The translations under genes were made by a program, and so were the position numbers. From Chloracidobacterium sp. (GTDB taxonomy: Bacteria; Acidobacteriota; Blastocatellia; Pyrinomonadales; Pyrinomonadaceae): DNA of 64,000 nucleotides. A model generated the notes under the pieces. It was not told the DNA's origin and searched no databases. It saw only the letters and a list, made by a program, of their open reading frames with translations. This document shows, one piece after another, positions 48,838 to 58,986 of the stretch (position 1 is its first letter; every line of letters starts with the position of its first letter). Location of the stretch: positions 32,428 to 96,427 of the forward strand of contig JADKKB010000002.1 of the NCBI GenBank assembly GCA_016720705.1, written 5' to 3'.

Positions 48838-51081
48838 TTGGATACTTCGATCACTTTGAAAGCAAGGTTATCTGACGATTTAGCAATGGAGATCGCCGAA
48901 ACAAACCAGAGTAATATGCAACCTGCCGCGGGCCTCGATCTGAAAACGACGAGCGAAAATAATTTTGATTACACACGACAACTTCCGGAAAATCTCGTAC
49001 AACTAAACGAGATCTCGATGAATTTTTACTGGTGCTGGAGGCCGGAGGGTATCGCACTTTTTCGCGACCTCGACCCTGCCCTGTGGGACAAATGTGAACA
49101 GAATCCGCGATTGATGCTCAAAAAGATCAGCGGCCTTCGTTTGTGGCAGAGATCTGCCGACAACGACTATGTGGCCCGCGTCGAGAGTTTTTACTCGGAG
49201 TTTCGCAACTACATCGCATCGGCGAGTGATGCGGCAAAGTCACCCGATATCGCGTATTTTTGTGCGGAATACGGCGTTCATAATTCCCTGCCCAATTACT
49301 CCGGCGGACTCGGCATACTTGCCGGTGATCATCTTAAATCCGCAAGTGACCTTAATGTCCCGCTGATGGCGATCGGCCTGCTTTATCGTTACGGCTACTT
49401 TCGTCAACAGATCAGTCACGAAGGCTGGCAGGAAGAATCGTACAATGACATCTTTGCCTCGGAATTGGCCCTGACGCCCGTCAATGACGCGTCGGGCGAA
49501 CGCTTAATGGTTTCGGTCAAGATCCGCGGCCGCGACGTTTTCGCCCAGGTCTGGATCGCCCGGATCGGCCGAATTTCGCTCTACTTGCTTGATACCAATC
49601 TTGGACGCAATAGCGACGTCGATCGCCTAATCACGGGCCATCTCTATGGCGGCGACACTGAGACGCGAATTGTGCAGGAGAAAGTGCTCGGAATGGGCGG
49701 TGTCCGTCTGCTGCGTAAGCTCGGGGTCGATCCTAAGGTCTATCACCTGAATGAGGGCCACGCAGCATTTTCCACACTCGAGCTTTCAAAAGAGTTTCTC
49801 GAGGCTAATCCGGACGTAACATTTCCGGATGCTGTCGAGGCGATCCGCGAAAAGTGCGTTTTTACAACGCATACTCCGGTCGCCGCGGGCAATGATGTCT
49901 TTGCAACTCAGGCGTTGGACGAGTGTTTTGATCAAGAATTTAAGGACTCGCTGAAATTGACCCAGAATGAGTTTTTGGCTCTCGGCCGAGCTGATCTTTC
50001 TGACGACAGCGAGGGTTTTGGAATGTCGCCGCTCGCGATCCGGATGTGTCGTTCGTCGAACGGCGTCAGCGAAAAGCACGGCGAGGTTTCGCGCAAATTG
50101 TGGCTTAAAATGTTCCCCGACCTTTCGGACCCCGGTGCGGTGCCGATCACATCGATCACCAACGGCGTTCACGTACCGACTTGGGTCGCACCTATATTTC
50201 AGAACATATACGAAAGCCGCATCGGCTCAGATTGGAACGAGATGGTGCGGAACCCGGAGGCGTGGACCGCGGCTGTCCAAAAGCTTTCAGACAGCGAGAT
50301 CTGGAATGCTCATAGGACGCTAAAGAGCCTATTGATCGCGTTTATGCGCGAAAGAACAAAGTCAGTTGATACCGGGTCCAAGGACACCATTCACGAACAC
50401 GAAGACACACGAAAGCTGTTTTCACCGGACGTTTTGACCATCGGTTTTGCACGCCGCGTTGCGGCATATAAACGCTGGGACCTTTTGTTTACCGACCTTG
50501 AGCGTTTATTGAAAATGGTCGATGACGCCGATCGCCCGGTACAGTTTGTTTTCGCCGGCAAAGCTCACCCGCAGGACAATACAGCCAAAACGATTTTGCA
50601 AAAGCTGATGAGTATCAATCACGATTCAAATTGGCAGCGTCGTGCCGTATTTATTGAGGACTATGATCAAGAGATCGCCCGATATCTCGTCCACGGCGTC
50701 GATGTCTGGATGAATGTGCCGCGTCGGCCAATGGAGGCAAGCGGTACAAGCGGTATGAAGGCAGCTATGAATGGTGCTCTCAACTTCTCCGTTTTGGACG
50801 GATGGTGGATCGAGGGCTATAACGAGGTCAACGGATTTGCAATCGGCGGACTGGACGCCGACGAAAATGACGATATCACGGATGCCGCCGATGCCGAGGC
50901 ACTATACCAGACTCTTGAGAAAGAAATAATACCGACATATTACGGCGTTGGCGAAAACGGGTTGCCGTCCGATTGGATCGCTCGAATGCGTAACTCGATA
51001 GCGACGCTGACACCGCAATTCTCTAGCGATCGAATGGTATCAGATTATCTGGCAAATATTTACCGCTTCGCCGATGACTAA
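48838..51081 (+). CDS. glgP: Alpha-glucan phosphorylase (GT35 family)
   Basis: YFCAEYGVHNSLPNYSGGLGILAGDHLKSASDLNVPL, and the PLP-lysine region EASGTSGMKAAMNGALNFSVLDGWW. The start may be the ATG at 48886. Confidence 0.9.
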   Translation: MDTSITLKARLSDDLAMEIAETNQSNMQPAAGLDLKTTSENNFDYTRQLPENLVQLNEISMNFYWCWRPEGIALFRDLDPALWDKCEQNPRLMLKKISGLRLWQRSADNDYVARVESFYSEFRNYIASASDAAKSPDIAYFCAEYGVHNSLPNYSGGLGILAGDHLKSASDLNVPLMAIGLLYRYGYFRQQISHEGWQEESYNDIFASELALTPVNDASGERLMVSVKIRGRDVFAQVWIARIGRISLYLLDTNLGRNSDVDRLITGHLYGGDTETRIVQEKVLGMGGVRLLRKLGVDPKVYHLNEGHAAFSTLELSKEFLEANPDVTFPDAVEAIREKCVFTTHTPVAAGNDVFATQALDECFDQEFKDSLKLTQNEFLALGRADLSDDSEGFGMSPLAIRMCRSSNGVSEKHGEVSRKLWLKMFPDLSDPGAVPITSITNGVHVPTWVAPIFQNIYESRIGSDWNEMVRNPEAWTAAVQKLSDSEIWNAHRTLKSLLIAFMRERTKSVDTGSKDTIHEHEDTRKLFSPDVLTIGFARRVAAYKRWDLLFTDLERLLKMVDDADRPVQFVFAGKAHPQDNTAKTILQKLMSINHDSNWQRRAVFIEDYDQEIARYLVHGVDVWMNVPRRPMEASGTSGMKAAMNGALNFSVLDGWWIEGYNEVNGFAIGGLDADENDDITDAADAEALYQTLEKEIIPTYYGVGENGLPSDWIARMRNSIATLTPQFSSDRMVSDYLANIYRFADD

Positions 51082-51103
51082 TTTATAGATCTTCATTTGT
51101 CTT

Positions 51104-51790
51104 ATGCAAAATACGGAATTCCAAACCGGCACGATCAGTCCTGTCGAAATTTACAAGGAAGCTTGGGCTCTGATCAAAGACCGCTATTGGCTCGTTTTCG
51201 CCATTGTGATCGTCGGGATGCTGCTCGGTGGGGCGATTCCCGTAGTCCTGATCGGGCCGATGATGTGCGGTATGTTCATTTGCCTGTTCGACCTGATCGA
51301 TGGACGCGAATTAAAATTTGAAACGCTTTTTAAGGGATTTGACTATATCTGGAAGAGTTTGCTCGTTTCGGTTCTCATCGTGGCTCCGATCCTTGTAATG
51401 TTGTTCACCATTTACATCCCGATCATCGGAATGGCATTGGCCGGGCCTAGAATGAGCGAATCCGAATTAATACCGTTTCTGATCGGAACCTTTATATTTG
51501 AGGTCGTAGTGGTGTTAATAATGGTGTGCTTTCACACATTGATAATGTTTGCTTACCCATTGATCGTCGAACGCGGCCTTACGGGCGGTCAGGCAATTAA
51601 GGTGAGTGCCAAAGCCGTCTGGAATAATCTGGCCGGAATGGCGGGGCTTTTGGGCGTTGGGTTTCTGGTAGGGATCGTCGGCTATATGATGCTTTGCGTC
51701 GGATTGTACCTGGTTTTGCCGTTGATAATGATGGCTCAGGCTGTCGCGTTTCGAAAAATATTTCCAAAGTTGGAATCAAAGACAGTTTAA
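51104..51790 (+). CDS. Hypothetical integral membrane protein (228 aa)
   Basis: Five or six TM segments in a clean ORF. Confidence 0.6.
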   Translation: MQNTEFQTGTISPVEIYKEAWALIKDRYWLVFAIVIVGMLLGGAIPVVLIGPMMCGMFICLFDLIDGRELKFETLFKGFDYIWKSLLVSVLIVAPILVMLFTIYIPIIGMALAGPRMSESELIPFLIGTFIFEVVVVLIMVCFHTLIMFAYPLIVERGLTGGQAIKVSAKAVWNNLAGMAGLLGVGFLVGIVGYMMLCVGLYLVLPLIMMAQAVAFRKIFPKLESKTV

Positions 51791-51798
51791 TCACAGCG

Positions 51799-52125
51799 AT
51801 GACTCCACAAATAGTTGATCTTGACTCGATCGAAAAATTGAATGCGCTCGTCGAACGCTCGTTCGAGAAATCGGTCTTTGTGCTAAAGCACAGCCGTACT
51901 TGCGGGATCAGTGCCGATATTTTCGAGCAACTCGGTTCGCTCGAAGGCGAGATAAACTTGATCGTCGTCCAAGATCATCGGACTGTGTCTAACGCAGTTG
52001 CCGACCGTTTGGCTGTACGGCACGCTTCGCCGCAGGCATTTGTGATCAAGAACGGCGAGGTCACGTATCACGCAACCCATTACGGCATCGACCCGCGGGC
52101 GATCCAGATCGCTCTTGACAGTTAA
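51799..52125 (+). CDS. ytxJ: YtxJ-like thioredoxin-fold protein (bacillithiol-system type, TCxxS motif)
   Basis: FVLKHSRTCGIS motif. About 108 aa from the internal ATG at 51799. The upstream part of ORF 51694 overlaps the previous gene. Confidence 0.7.
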   Translation: MTPQIVDLDSIEKLNALVERSFEKSVFVLKHSRTCGISADIFEQLGSLEGEINLIVVQDHRTVSNAVADRLAVRHASPQAFVIKNGEVTYHATHYGIDPRAIQIALDS

Positions 52126-52429
52126 ATATATGATCGAACCACTGCAAATAATTGAAGAATCAGATAACACTATCTCGATCAAATGGTCGGATGATACCCA
52201 GACCGAGTACACCGCACCGCAGCTTCGGCGGTCGTGTCCGTGTGCTACTTGTGTCAATGAGTGGACCGGCGAGAAAATGCTCCGCGATGAGAGCGTTGCC
52301 GATGACCTCAAGTTCGGCCATATCTCGATCGTCGGAAGGTACGCGTTAAATTTCCATTTCAGTGACGGTCACGATACCGGGATCTTTAGTTTTGTATTTC
52401 TGCGGAAATTGCCGACGATGGCGCTATAA
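52115..52429 (+). CDS. DUF971 (gamma-butyrobetaine hydroxylase N-terminal-like) protein
   Basis: ISIKWSDDTQTEYTAPQLRRSCPCATCV...FSDGHDTGIFSF pattern. Confidence 0.75.
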   Translation: MTVKYMIEPLQIIEESDNTISIKWSDDTQTEYTAPQLRRSCPCATCVNEWTGEKMLRDESVADDLKFGHISIVGRYALNFHFSDGHDTGIFSFVFLRKLPTMAL

Positions 52430-52436
52430 TCGAGTT

Positions 52437-52709
52437 ATGCACGAACGCGATATATTTGACGAGCGGCAAGAAGTAAAAAGGGCAAATTTCTCGTGTCCGA
52501 CTTGCCGTGAACGAAACGATTACGACGTCCGCTGGATCAAGCGAACCAAAAAGAAGCAAGCTCCGCGTAATATAAATGAGCACGAACGGGCTCAATATGC
52601 GAAATCACGCGATTATATGGTGCGCGTGGACGATATGCTGATGTGCAAAAATATTCGATGCAGGCGTCGATTTGAGATACCGTCATCACAGTCGGTCGTT
52701 TTTATTTGA
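52437..52709 (+). CDS. Small zinc-ribbon protein (90 aa)
   Basis: CPTC...(about 53 aa)...C-x5-C cysteine pairs. Start at MHERDIF. Confidence 0.5.
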   Translation: MHERDIFDERQEVKRANFSCPTCRERNDYDVRWIKRTKKKQAPRNINEHERAQYAKSRDYMVRVDDMLMCKNIRCRRRFEIPSSQSVVFI

Positions 52710-52724
52710 TCGATCCAAAAATAC

Positions 52725-52760
52725 AAAAAAGGCGGCCGGAAAATCTTAGGGCCGCCTTTT
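52725..52760. terminator. Bidirectional intrinsic terminator
   Basis: aaaaaggcggcc-(12 nt loop)-ggccgccttttt. Confidence 0.7.
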
Positions 52761-52780
52761 TCTATTCAAATTTGATCGTA

Positions 52781-54121
52781 TTAGTAGATCGAGAACGTGT
52801 ATTCCACCTGTTTAGTTACCGTTTGGCCGACACCATTAGATTTAGCCGGCTCAAACCTTATCGAGCGTGCCGCAGCGATCGCCTGTTCCGTCAATCCGTT
52901 GGGCAGTCCCTTGACCGGCGATATACTGCCGATCGCACCCGACGCTAGAAAGGTTACACGGAGAATAACCGTTCCCTGAACCTGATTCTGACGAGCAGCG
53001 TCAGTGTACGACGGTTTCGGCTTGGCCAAGATTTTCATCGGAGCCGTTACACCGACCGGACGCGGAGGCGGAGGCGGACCGCCGTCTCCGTCACCGGAGC
53101 CATCGCCGTTGCCATTACCGTTTCCATTTCCCCAGCCCGAACCATTTCCGTTTCCGGCACCGGTACCATTGCCGTTACCTTGACCGGTTCCGCGGCCGCT
53201 GCCGATACCGCCGCCCGTTCCGGGGCCATTAGACAATCCGGGTGCACCATTGGGATCACCCCATTTTCCGTAGATCTTTGGGAACTTCATCGTTCCTTCG
53301 GTCGTCGGAGTTTCGAGCATCGGCGTGTCCGATTTCGGTGTGTTCACATTCGGTGGACGCGTTGGCGTTTTCGACTGATCAGCCAGATCGCCTTGCGATG
53401 CCGGATCCTTTTCGTCTCGGCCACCACCGCCACCGCCGCCGCCGTCATCCTTGTTTTTCTTCTGGATCTGCTCTTCTTCGACGGTCATCGGTACGTCGTC
53501 AACCAAAACAGCAGAAAAGATATCGTCGTTGATCGCCCCGATATCCAGATCCTTACTAAAAATACTAAAGATTAGCCCCGAGAGCAGGGCCAGAATCATA
53601 AAACCAAAAGTGCCGACTATCAGAGAATTTCGCTGGCCGACGTTTTTTTCCTCAATGACCGTCACATAAAATCCACCGTCGCGGGCAAATCGGCTGTGTT
53701 CGTCTTCAAGGTTAACCGTCGTGCGGTCGGCATCGAGGGGCGTTGTCGAAGTAAATACGGGCGGAGTCACCGGAACTTCTACGGACTTCGCTTTAACCGG
53801 AGCGGGCGTTTCTACGACTTCCTCGACTACGGGTTCTTCGACTGTAGGGACGATCGGAGTCACCGCCGCGGCCTCGATCGGGGCCGGAGTTTCCATAACG
53901 ACCGGTTCCACCACCGCGATCGGTTCGGGAGCAGCAATTATGACCGGAATCGGCGGTTCCGGAGTCGGAGTCGGTGCCACGGCCGGGGCTTTATCGACGG
54001 CCGTTTTCATAACCGGACTCATCTCAAAAGCCTGCAGAGCCGCACCGCAATTCGGGCAAAACCCAAATTTTTCGGCAAAGCTTTCGTCGCAAGAATTGCA
54101 ATACTTAACAATTTTTCCCAT
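52781..54121 (-). CDS. TonB-family energy transducer with N-terminal zinc ribbon and a Gly/Asn-rich low-complexity region
   Basis: MGKIVKYCNSCDESFAEKFGFCPNCGA, then a P-rich region, TM, GNGNGTGAGNGNGSGWGNGNGNGNGDGSGDGDGG, and the TonB_C block AKPKPSYTDAARQNQVQGTVILRVTFLASG. Confidence 0.85.
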   Translation of the reverse strand: MGKIVKYCNSCDESFAEKFGFCPNCGAALQAFEMSPVMKTAVDKAPAVAPTPTPEPPIPVIIAAPEPIAVVEPVVMETPAPIEAAAVTPIVPTVEEPVVEEVVETPAPVKAKSVEVPVTPPVFTSTTPLDADRTTVNLEDEHSRFARDGGFYVTVIEEKNVGQRNSLIVGTFGFMILALLSGLIFSIFSKDLDIGAINDDIFSAVLVDDVPMTVEEEQIQKKNKDDGGGGGGGGRDEKDPASQGDLADQSKTPTRPPNVNTPKSDTPMLETPTTEGTMKFPKIYGKWGDPNGAPGLSNGPGTGGGIGSGRGTGQGNGNGTGAGNGNGSGWGNGNGNGNGDGSGDGDGGPPPPPRPVGVTAPMKILAKPKPSYTDAARQNQVQGTVILRVTFLASGAIGSISPVKGLPNGLTEQAIAAARSIRFEPAKSNGVGQTVTKQVEYTFSIY

Positions 54122-54428
54122 CTTATAGGCCTCACTTAGCGAACGACCGCTTCCGGCAAATTCGATAATGCTCAATTATACCCCGTTTCCGGTGGATGTT
54201 AAGCGGTTTGTCAAGAAATTTCCGTCTGCGTCAAACGAACTACCGCTTTACAATTCTGATAGATGCTGCATTCGTTTGACGCGATGCCTACACCGATCTA
54301 AAATTTCAGTTTGGTCTTATAGTCGATTATTTGCCTTTGACAACATAATCGTCTCGCCGTGCAACTAAGCATCTTGTACGGTTTGTAAAACGTGTCAGTT
54401 CCACAGTTGCAGAATTGTCGAGATTATT

Positions 54429-55718
54429 ATGACCTATTTTAAGAAAAAGTTTTTTGCTACAGCATTCGTTGCCGGATCGGCACTCTTGCTTGCCGGATCG
54501 GCATTTGCCCAGGGCACGCTGCCGCAGCCTAAACAGGAAAAGCTACTAAATGGCCTGAAGATCCTGATGTGGCCAAATGCCAAGGCTGACTCGGTAACCG
54601 TAACCGTCCGCGTCCACAGCGGAACGAGCTTTGACCCTCAGGGCAAAGAGGGTGTGATGCGTCTGCTCAGCGAAAACATTTTTCCGGAACGCTCGGCACG
54701 TGAATTTTTCACCGAAGATCTCGGTGGCGGACTATCGGTCGAGGCCAATTACGACTTCATCGAGATCATCGCGAGTTCGAAGCCTGAGAATTTCTTGACA
54801 ATGATCGAGACTCTCTCGGCCGCGATCGCCAACCCGACGATCGACAAACCGACCACCGCAAAACTGCGCTCTGCACTGATCGATGAACTTAAAAAGCAGG
54901 AAAGCGATCCCGCCTACGTTGCGGACAATGCCGTTGCGGCACGAATGTTTGGGACATTTCCGTACGGACGCCCGCAATACGGCAGTTCGGCGAGCGTTGC
55001 AAAAATAGATTTTGCTGACCTTCTGGATGCCAAACAGCGCTTTTTAACTGCTGATAATGCGACTGTTACGGTCGTCGGCAACTTTGACCGCCCACTCGGA
55101 TTTCGGGCGATGCGTCGATATTTCGGGGCTTGGCTCAAATCCGACAAACGTGTTCCTTCGACATTTCGACAGCCTGATCCGCCGCCTGCGGCAGTAATTT
55201 CCGTACCTTCGCCACAGCCTGACGCATTTGCGATCCGCTTTGCGATTCGCGGATCCGCACGAGGCGACCGATCATTCGCGGCGTCCGAGGTCTATGCTCA
55301 GATACTCGAAACGCGTCTGAAAGCACGTGCCCCCAATGCAAATCGGGACGACGTATTCGTCCGGTCGGAGAGCCATATTTTGCCGGGCATCATCATCGTC
55401 GGATTTGACGGGAAAAAAAGCTCGACTGCAAATGCCAACGGTAAGATCGAGGCGTTCGAACTTGTTGCTAACATACTCGCCGAACCCATCACCGATGCCG
55501 AATTTCAAGCGGCCCGGAAATTGTTTAAGGAAACGTGGATGAAGCAGACCGTCACTGAACTTTTCCTCGATTTCGACACGTTTAAGACGGCGAGTGCTGA
55601 CGCCGACGCGTTGGCCGCGGATAAGGTCACCGTCGACGAAGTACGAACTTTTGCGGCATCTGCTGTAAAACAGACGCCGGCCGCGATCTTGCTCAATTCG
55701 CCGGCGACCAACAACTAA
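54429..55718 (+). CDS. M16-family peptidase-like protein lacking the HxxEH zinc motif
   Basis: Signal peptide and an M16-like fold pattern. The position of HxxEH reads GVMRLLSENIF. Confidence 0.75.
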   Translation: MTYFKKKFFATAFVAGSALLLAGSAFAQGTLPQPKQEKLLNGLKILMWPNAKADSVTVTVRVHSGTSFDPQGKEGVMRLLSENIFPERSAREFFTEDLGGGLSVEANYDFIEIIASSKPENFLTMIETLSAAIANPTIDKPTTAKLRSALIDELKKQESDPAYVADNAVAARMFGTFPYGRPQYGSSASVAKIDFADLLDAKQRFLTADNATVTVVGNFDRPLGFRAMRRYFGAWLKSDKRVPSTFRQPDPPPAAVISVPSPQPDAFAIRFAIRGSARGDRSFAASEVYAQILETRLKARAPNANRDDVFVRSESHILPGIIIVGFDGKKSSTANANGKIEAFELVANILAEPITDAEFQAARKLFKETWMKQTVTELFLDFDTFKTASADADALAADKVTVDEVRTFAASAVKQTPAAILLNSPATNN

Positions 55719-55721
55719 AAC

Positions 55722-56447
55722 GTGCAAAGAGAGTTGAACGAGAAAGAAGCGGCTCACGCCAACGCTGTCCGCGAAATGTTTTCGGGGATAGCTAGGCGCT
55801 ATGACCTGCTCAATCATCTGTTATCGCTGAATATCGATAAGGGATGGCGTCGTAAAGTATCAGGCGAACTTCGCGATGTGCTGGACCGTAAAGATGCGGT
55901 CGTGTTGGACGTCGCGTGCGGAACCGGCGACCTTTCGATCGAACTCAGGCGAAATTCGTCAGCTCGCATTATCGGAACTGATTTTTGTCGGCCGATGTTG
56001 ACGGTTGCTCAGTCCAAACCGTCCGGCGGCACCACGCCGATCCCGTACGTTGAGGGCGATGCTCTCAGGCTTCCCTTTGCCGACAACAGTTTTGACGCCG
56101 TGACGATCGCTTTCGGATTGAGAAATCTAGCGAGCGTGGCGGACGGCCTGGCCGAACTATTTCGGATCATCAAACCGGGCGGACGACTGGCCGTACTCGA
56201 ATTTTCTGCTCCCGTCGTACCGGGATTTGGTAAGCTATTCAACTTCTACTTTTCGCACATTTTGCCTCGTATCGGCGGTGCCGTCAGCGGTTCACGCGGT
56301 GCGTACGAATACCTTCCCGATTCGGTCTCGAAATTTCCGGATCAGAAGCGGCTTGTCGCAATGATGGAGTCGACCGGTTTCGGGGCGGTCAAGTTCCGCA
56401 ATTTGACGGGCGGAATTGCTGCCCTGCACATCGGCACAAAACCCTAA
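55722..56447 (+). CDS. ubiE: Demethylmenaquinone/ubiquinone C-methyltransferase
   Basis: FSGIARRYDLLNHLLSLNIDKGWRR and SAM motif VLDVACGTGDL. GTG start. Confidence 0.9.
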   Translation: MQRELNEKEAAHANAVREMFSGIARRYDLLNHLLSLNIDKGWRRKVSGELRDVLDRKDAVVLDVACGTGDLSIELRRNSSARIIGTDFCRPMLTVAQSKPSGGTTPIPYVEGDALRLPFADNSFDAVTIAFGLRNLASVADGLAELFRIIKPGGRLAVLEFSAPVVPGFGKLFNFYFSHILPRIGGAVSGSRGAYEYLPDSVSKFPDQKRLVAMMESTGFGAVKFRNLTGGIAALHIGTKP

Positions 56448-56503
56448 AGGGTTGTCATCGCGGCTTTTAAGTTATAAAATCTGTCTGCTCGCCAGCGATC
56501 CAA

Positions 56504-57484
56504 ATGAAATATCGCATCCTAAATATCCTGCGCCAGCTCGCCCTGATGCTGCTTGTGATCTGGACGGTCGTATCACTCGTCACATTGTTGATCGAGCTTG
56601 TGCCCGGTACGCCGGCGGCTGTGATATTAGGCGAAACTGCAACGACTGAACAGATCGAGAACTTCAATAAAAAGCACGGCCTTGACCGCCCGGCATTTTT
56701 TTTCTCATACACGGACGACAGCGGTTTTAGCTGGAACGGAATTGATAACCGTTACGTGGATTACTGGAAAGGCCTTGTTCAAGGCGACCTCGGAATGTCT
56801 TTCCGAACCGAACGGCCCGTCCGCGATATGATCTTCGAACGCTACCCGGCGACGATCAAACTCGCACTCGCCGCGATGCTCGTAGCCATCGGTATCGCGA
56901 TTCCGCTAGGCGTCGTCGCGGGTTCGAACAAAAACAAGTTTATCGACAATGCCGCATCATTCGTGGCACTTTTGGGAATATCGCTCCCGACATTCGTTGT
57001 CGGGCCTTTTCTGGTCTATCTTTTCGCGGTCAATCTCAGGATATTTTCGCCGACGGGTAGTGCCCACCCGGAGGATATAATTCTCCCTGCCGTTACGCTC
57101 GGCGGCGCTTTGTCGGCGATCCTGACGCGTATGGTGCGTTCTAGCGTAATTGAGGAACTGGGTGAGGACTACGTCCGCACAGCGCGTGCAAAGGGCCTCA
57201 GCGAGCGAATGGTCGTGTACAAACACGTGCTCAAGAATGGATTGATACCTGTAGTGACGATACTCGGGCTCCAACTCGGCGTATTGCTGGCTGGTTCGAT
57301 AATCACCGAAAAGATATTTAACTGGCAAGGACTGGGGCTACTGTTGCTCGACGACGGTATCGGCAAACGAGATTATCGTCTCGTTCAGGGTTGTGTGTTG
57401 GTCATCAGTGTGACGTTCATTATTGCCAATTCTCTTACGGATTTTGTATACCGGCGGCTCGATCCGCGCATTCGACTAAGTTAG
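56504..57484 (+). CDS. ABC transporter permease, Opp/Dpp B-type
   Basis: Typical N-terminus ILRQLALMLLVIWTVVSLVTLLIELVPG and EAA loop YVRTARAKGLSERMVVYKHVLKN. Confidence 0.85.
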   Translation: MKYRILNILRQLALMLLVIWTVVSLVTLLIELVPGTPAAVILGETATTEQIENFNKKHGLDRPAFFFSYTDDSGFSWNGIDNRYVDYWKGLVQGDLGMSFRTERPVRDMIFERYPATIKLALAAMLVAIGIAIPLGVVAGSNKNKFIDNAASFVALLGISLPTFVVGPFLVYLFAVNLRIFSPTGSAHPEDIILPAVTLGGALSAILTRMVRSSVIEELGEDYVRTARAKGLSERMVVYKHVLKNGLIPVVTILGLQLGVLLAGSIITEKIFNWQGLGLLLLDDGIGKRDYRLVQGCVLVISVTFIIANSLTDFVYRRLDPRIRLS

Positions 57485-58297
57485 ATGAACCGGCTTACTT
57501 ACATCGGCATCGCGATCGCGATGGTCGTCGTCCTGGCGGCCATATTCGCATCTGTTTTGTCGACACACGACTTTAACGCTCAAAATCTGATGTTGCGGTA
57601 TGCGGCTCCGAGTGGCGAACACTGGTTTGGCACAGACGCACTCGGTCGCGACATTTTTTCGCGAGTTCTATATGGTGCTCGGATCTCATTGGAGGTCGGA
57701 ATCACGGTCGTTACCGTTTCGGCGGTCGTCGGCACAATACTGGGTGCGATCGCAGGCTTTTACGGCGGAATTGTCGATAAATTTCTTTCGGGTTACGTAT
57801 TCAACGTCTTTCTGGCGTTCCCAGGGCTGTTGCTCGCCATCGCTCTCGTCGCCTTTCTCGGAGCCGGCCTTGGCAAACTCATTCTAGCCCTTTGCGTGAT
57901 CGGTTGGGTCGGATATGCCCGCGTAATGCGTGGACAGGTGTTGAAAGTCCGCGAATATGACTATGTTCAAGCGGCAAGAGCACTCGGAGCAAGCAATATG
58001 CGTATTTTGTTCACGCATATTCTGCCAAACGCCATTCAACCGCTGATCGTACAGGCGTCGCTCGGAATGGCCGGTGCGGTCTTGTCGGAAGCGTCGCTTT
58101 CATTCCTCGGGCTCGGAGTGCCCTCGGTTCCAAGTTGGGGCACGATGATCGACGAAGCACGAGGCTTTGACCTTCTGATCAACGCTCCGCACGTCTTATT
58201 TTTCCCCAGCGTCGCGATTGCCCTGACCGTTTTGGCATTCAATTTTATCGGCGACGGACTTCGCGAATTCCTTGATCCAAAACAGCGAGCGAGGTAG
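57485..58297 (+). CDS. ABC transporter permease, Opp/Dpp C-type
   Basis: HWFGTDALGRDIFSRVLYGARISL and YVQAARALGASNMRILFTHILPN. Confidence 0.85.
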   Translation: MNRLTYIGIAIAMVVVLAAIFASVLSTHDFNAQNLMLRYAAPSGEHWFGTDALGRDIFSRVLYGARISLEVGITVVTVSAVVGTILGAIAGFYGGIVDKFLSGYVFNVFLAFPGLLLAIALVAFLGAGLGKLILALCVIGWVGYARVMRGQVLKVREYDYVQAARALGASNMRILFTHILPNAIQPLIVQASLGMAGAVLSEASLSFLGLGVPSVPSWGTMIDEARGFDLLINAPHVLFFPSVAIALTVLAFNFIGDGLREFLDPKQRAR

Positions 58298-58299
58298 CT

Positions 58300-58986
58300 A
58301 TGTCTGATTTTCCGATCAGGTACTTCCCACTCGGTGACGCGGCCTTGACGGTTGAATTTGGCAATGCGATCTCCGAGCACTTGAATGACAAAGCCATTGC
58401 GCTTGCTAACGCCGTCGCATCCGAGCGGTTTCCGTGGCTGATCGAATCGGTCCCGGCCTACGCTTCAACAACCTTCTTCTACGACCCTTTGATCGTGAAA
58501 AGTATGTTTCCCGATGGCGAAACGGCATTTGCCGCCGTTCGTGAAGTGATATCCGGAATGGTATCGCGTATGCCACAGCGGGTAGGCGATATTGTGGCCG
58601 AGGCGATCGACATCACTGTTGATTTCGGACCCGATGCGGCACTCGATCTCGACTATATTGCGGACATCTCCGGCTTAGACCAGCGTGAGACGATAGAGAT
58701 ATTTACGTCGCGCGAATATCGTGTGTATATGCTCGGGTTTCTTCCCGGTTTTGCGTATTTGGGAGAGGTTGATGAGCGGATCGCCGTCCCGCGGCGCAGT
58801 TCACCGCGAACGTCTGTGCCGAAGGGGAGCGTTGGCATCGCCGGGCGCCAGACCGGCATTTATCCGCTCCGTTCGCCCGGCGGTTGGCAGATAATCGGCC
58901 GTACCGACCTGGAACTATTCACGCCGTACGGCGACACGCTGACGCAACTTCGACCGGGCGATCGGGTACGCTTTGTCCCAAAATGA
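58300..58986 (+). CDS. pxpB: 5-oxoprolinase subunit B (KipI/allophanate hydrolase subunit 1 family)
   Basis: YRVYMLGFLPGFAYLG and GSVGIAGRQTGIYPLRSPGGWQIIG. Confidence 0.85.
   Translation: MSDFPIRYFPLGDAALTVEFGNAISEHLNDKAIALANAVASERFPWLIESVPAYASTTFFYDPLIVKSMFPDGETAFAAVREVISGMVSRMPQRVGDIVAEAIDITVDFGPDAALDLDYIADISGLDQRETIEIFTSREYRVYMLGFLPGFAYLGEVDERIAVPRRSSPRTSVPKGSVGIAGRQTGIYPLRSPGGWQIIGRTDLELFTPYGDTLTQLRPGDRVRFVPK

Noticed and set aside
53047-54139. Several plus-strand and alternative-frame ORFs over the TonB gene
   Set aside because: They arise from the GC-rich, repetitive Gly/Pro-coding tract. The TonB frame has the zinc ribbon, a TM segment and the TonB_C domain.
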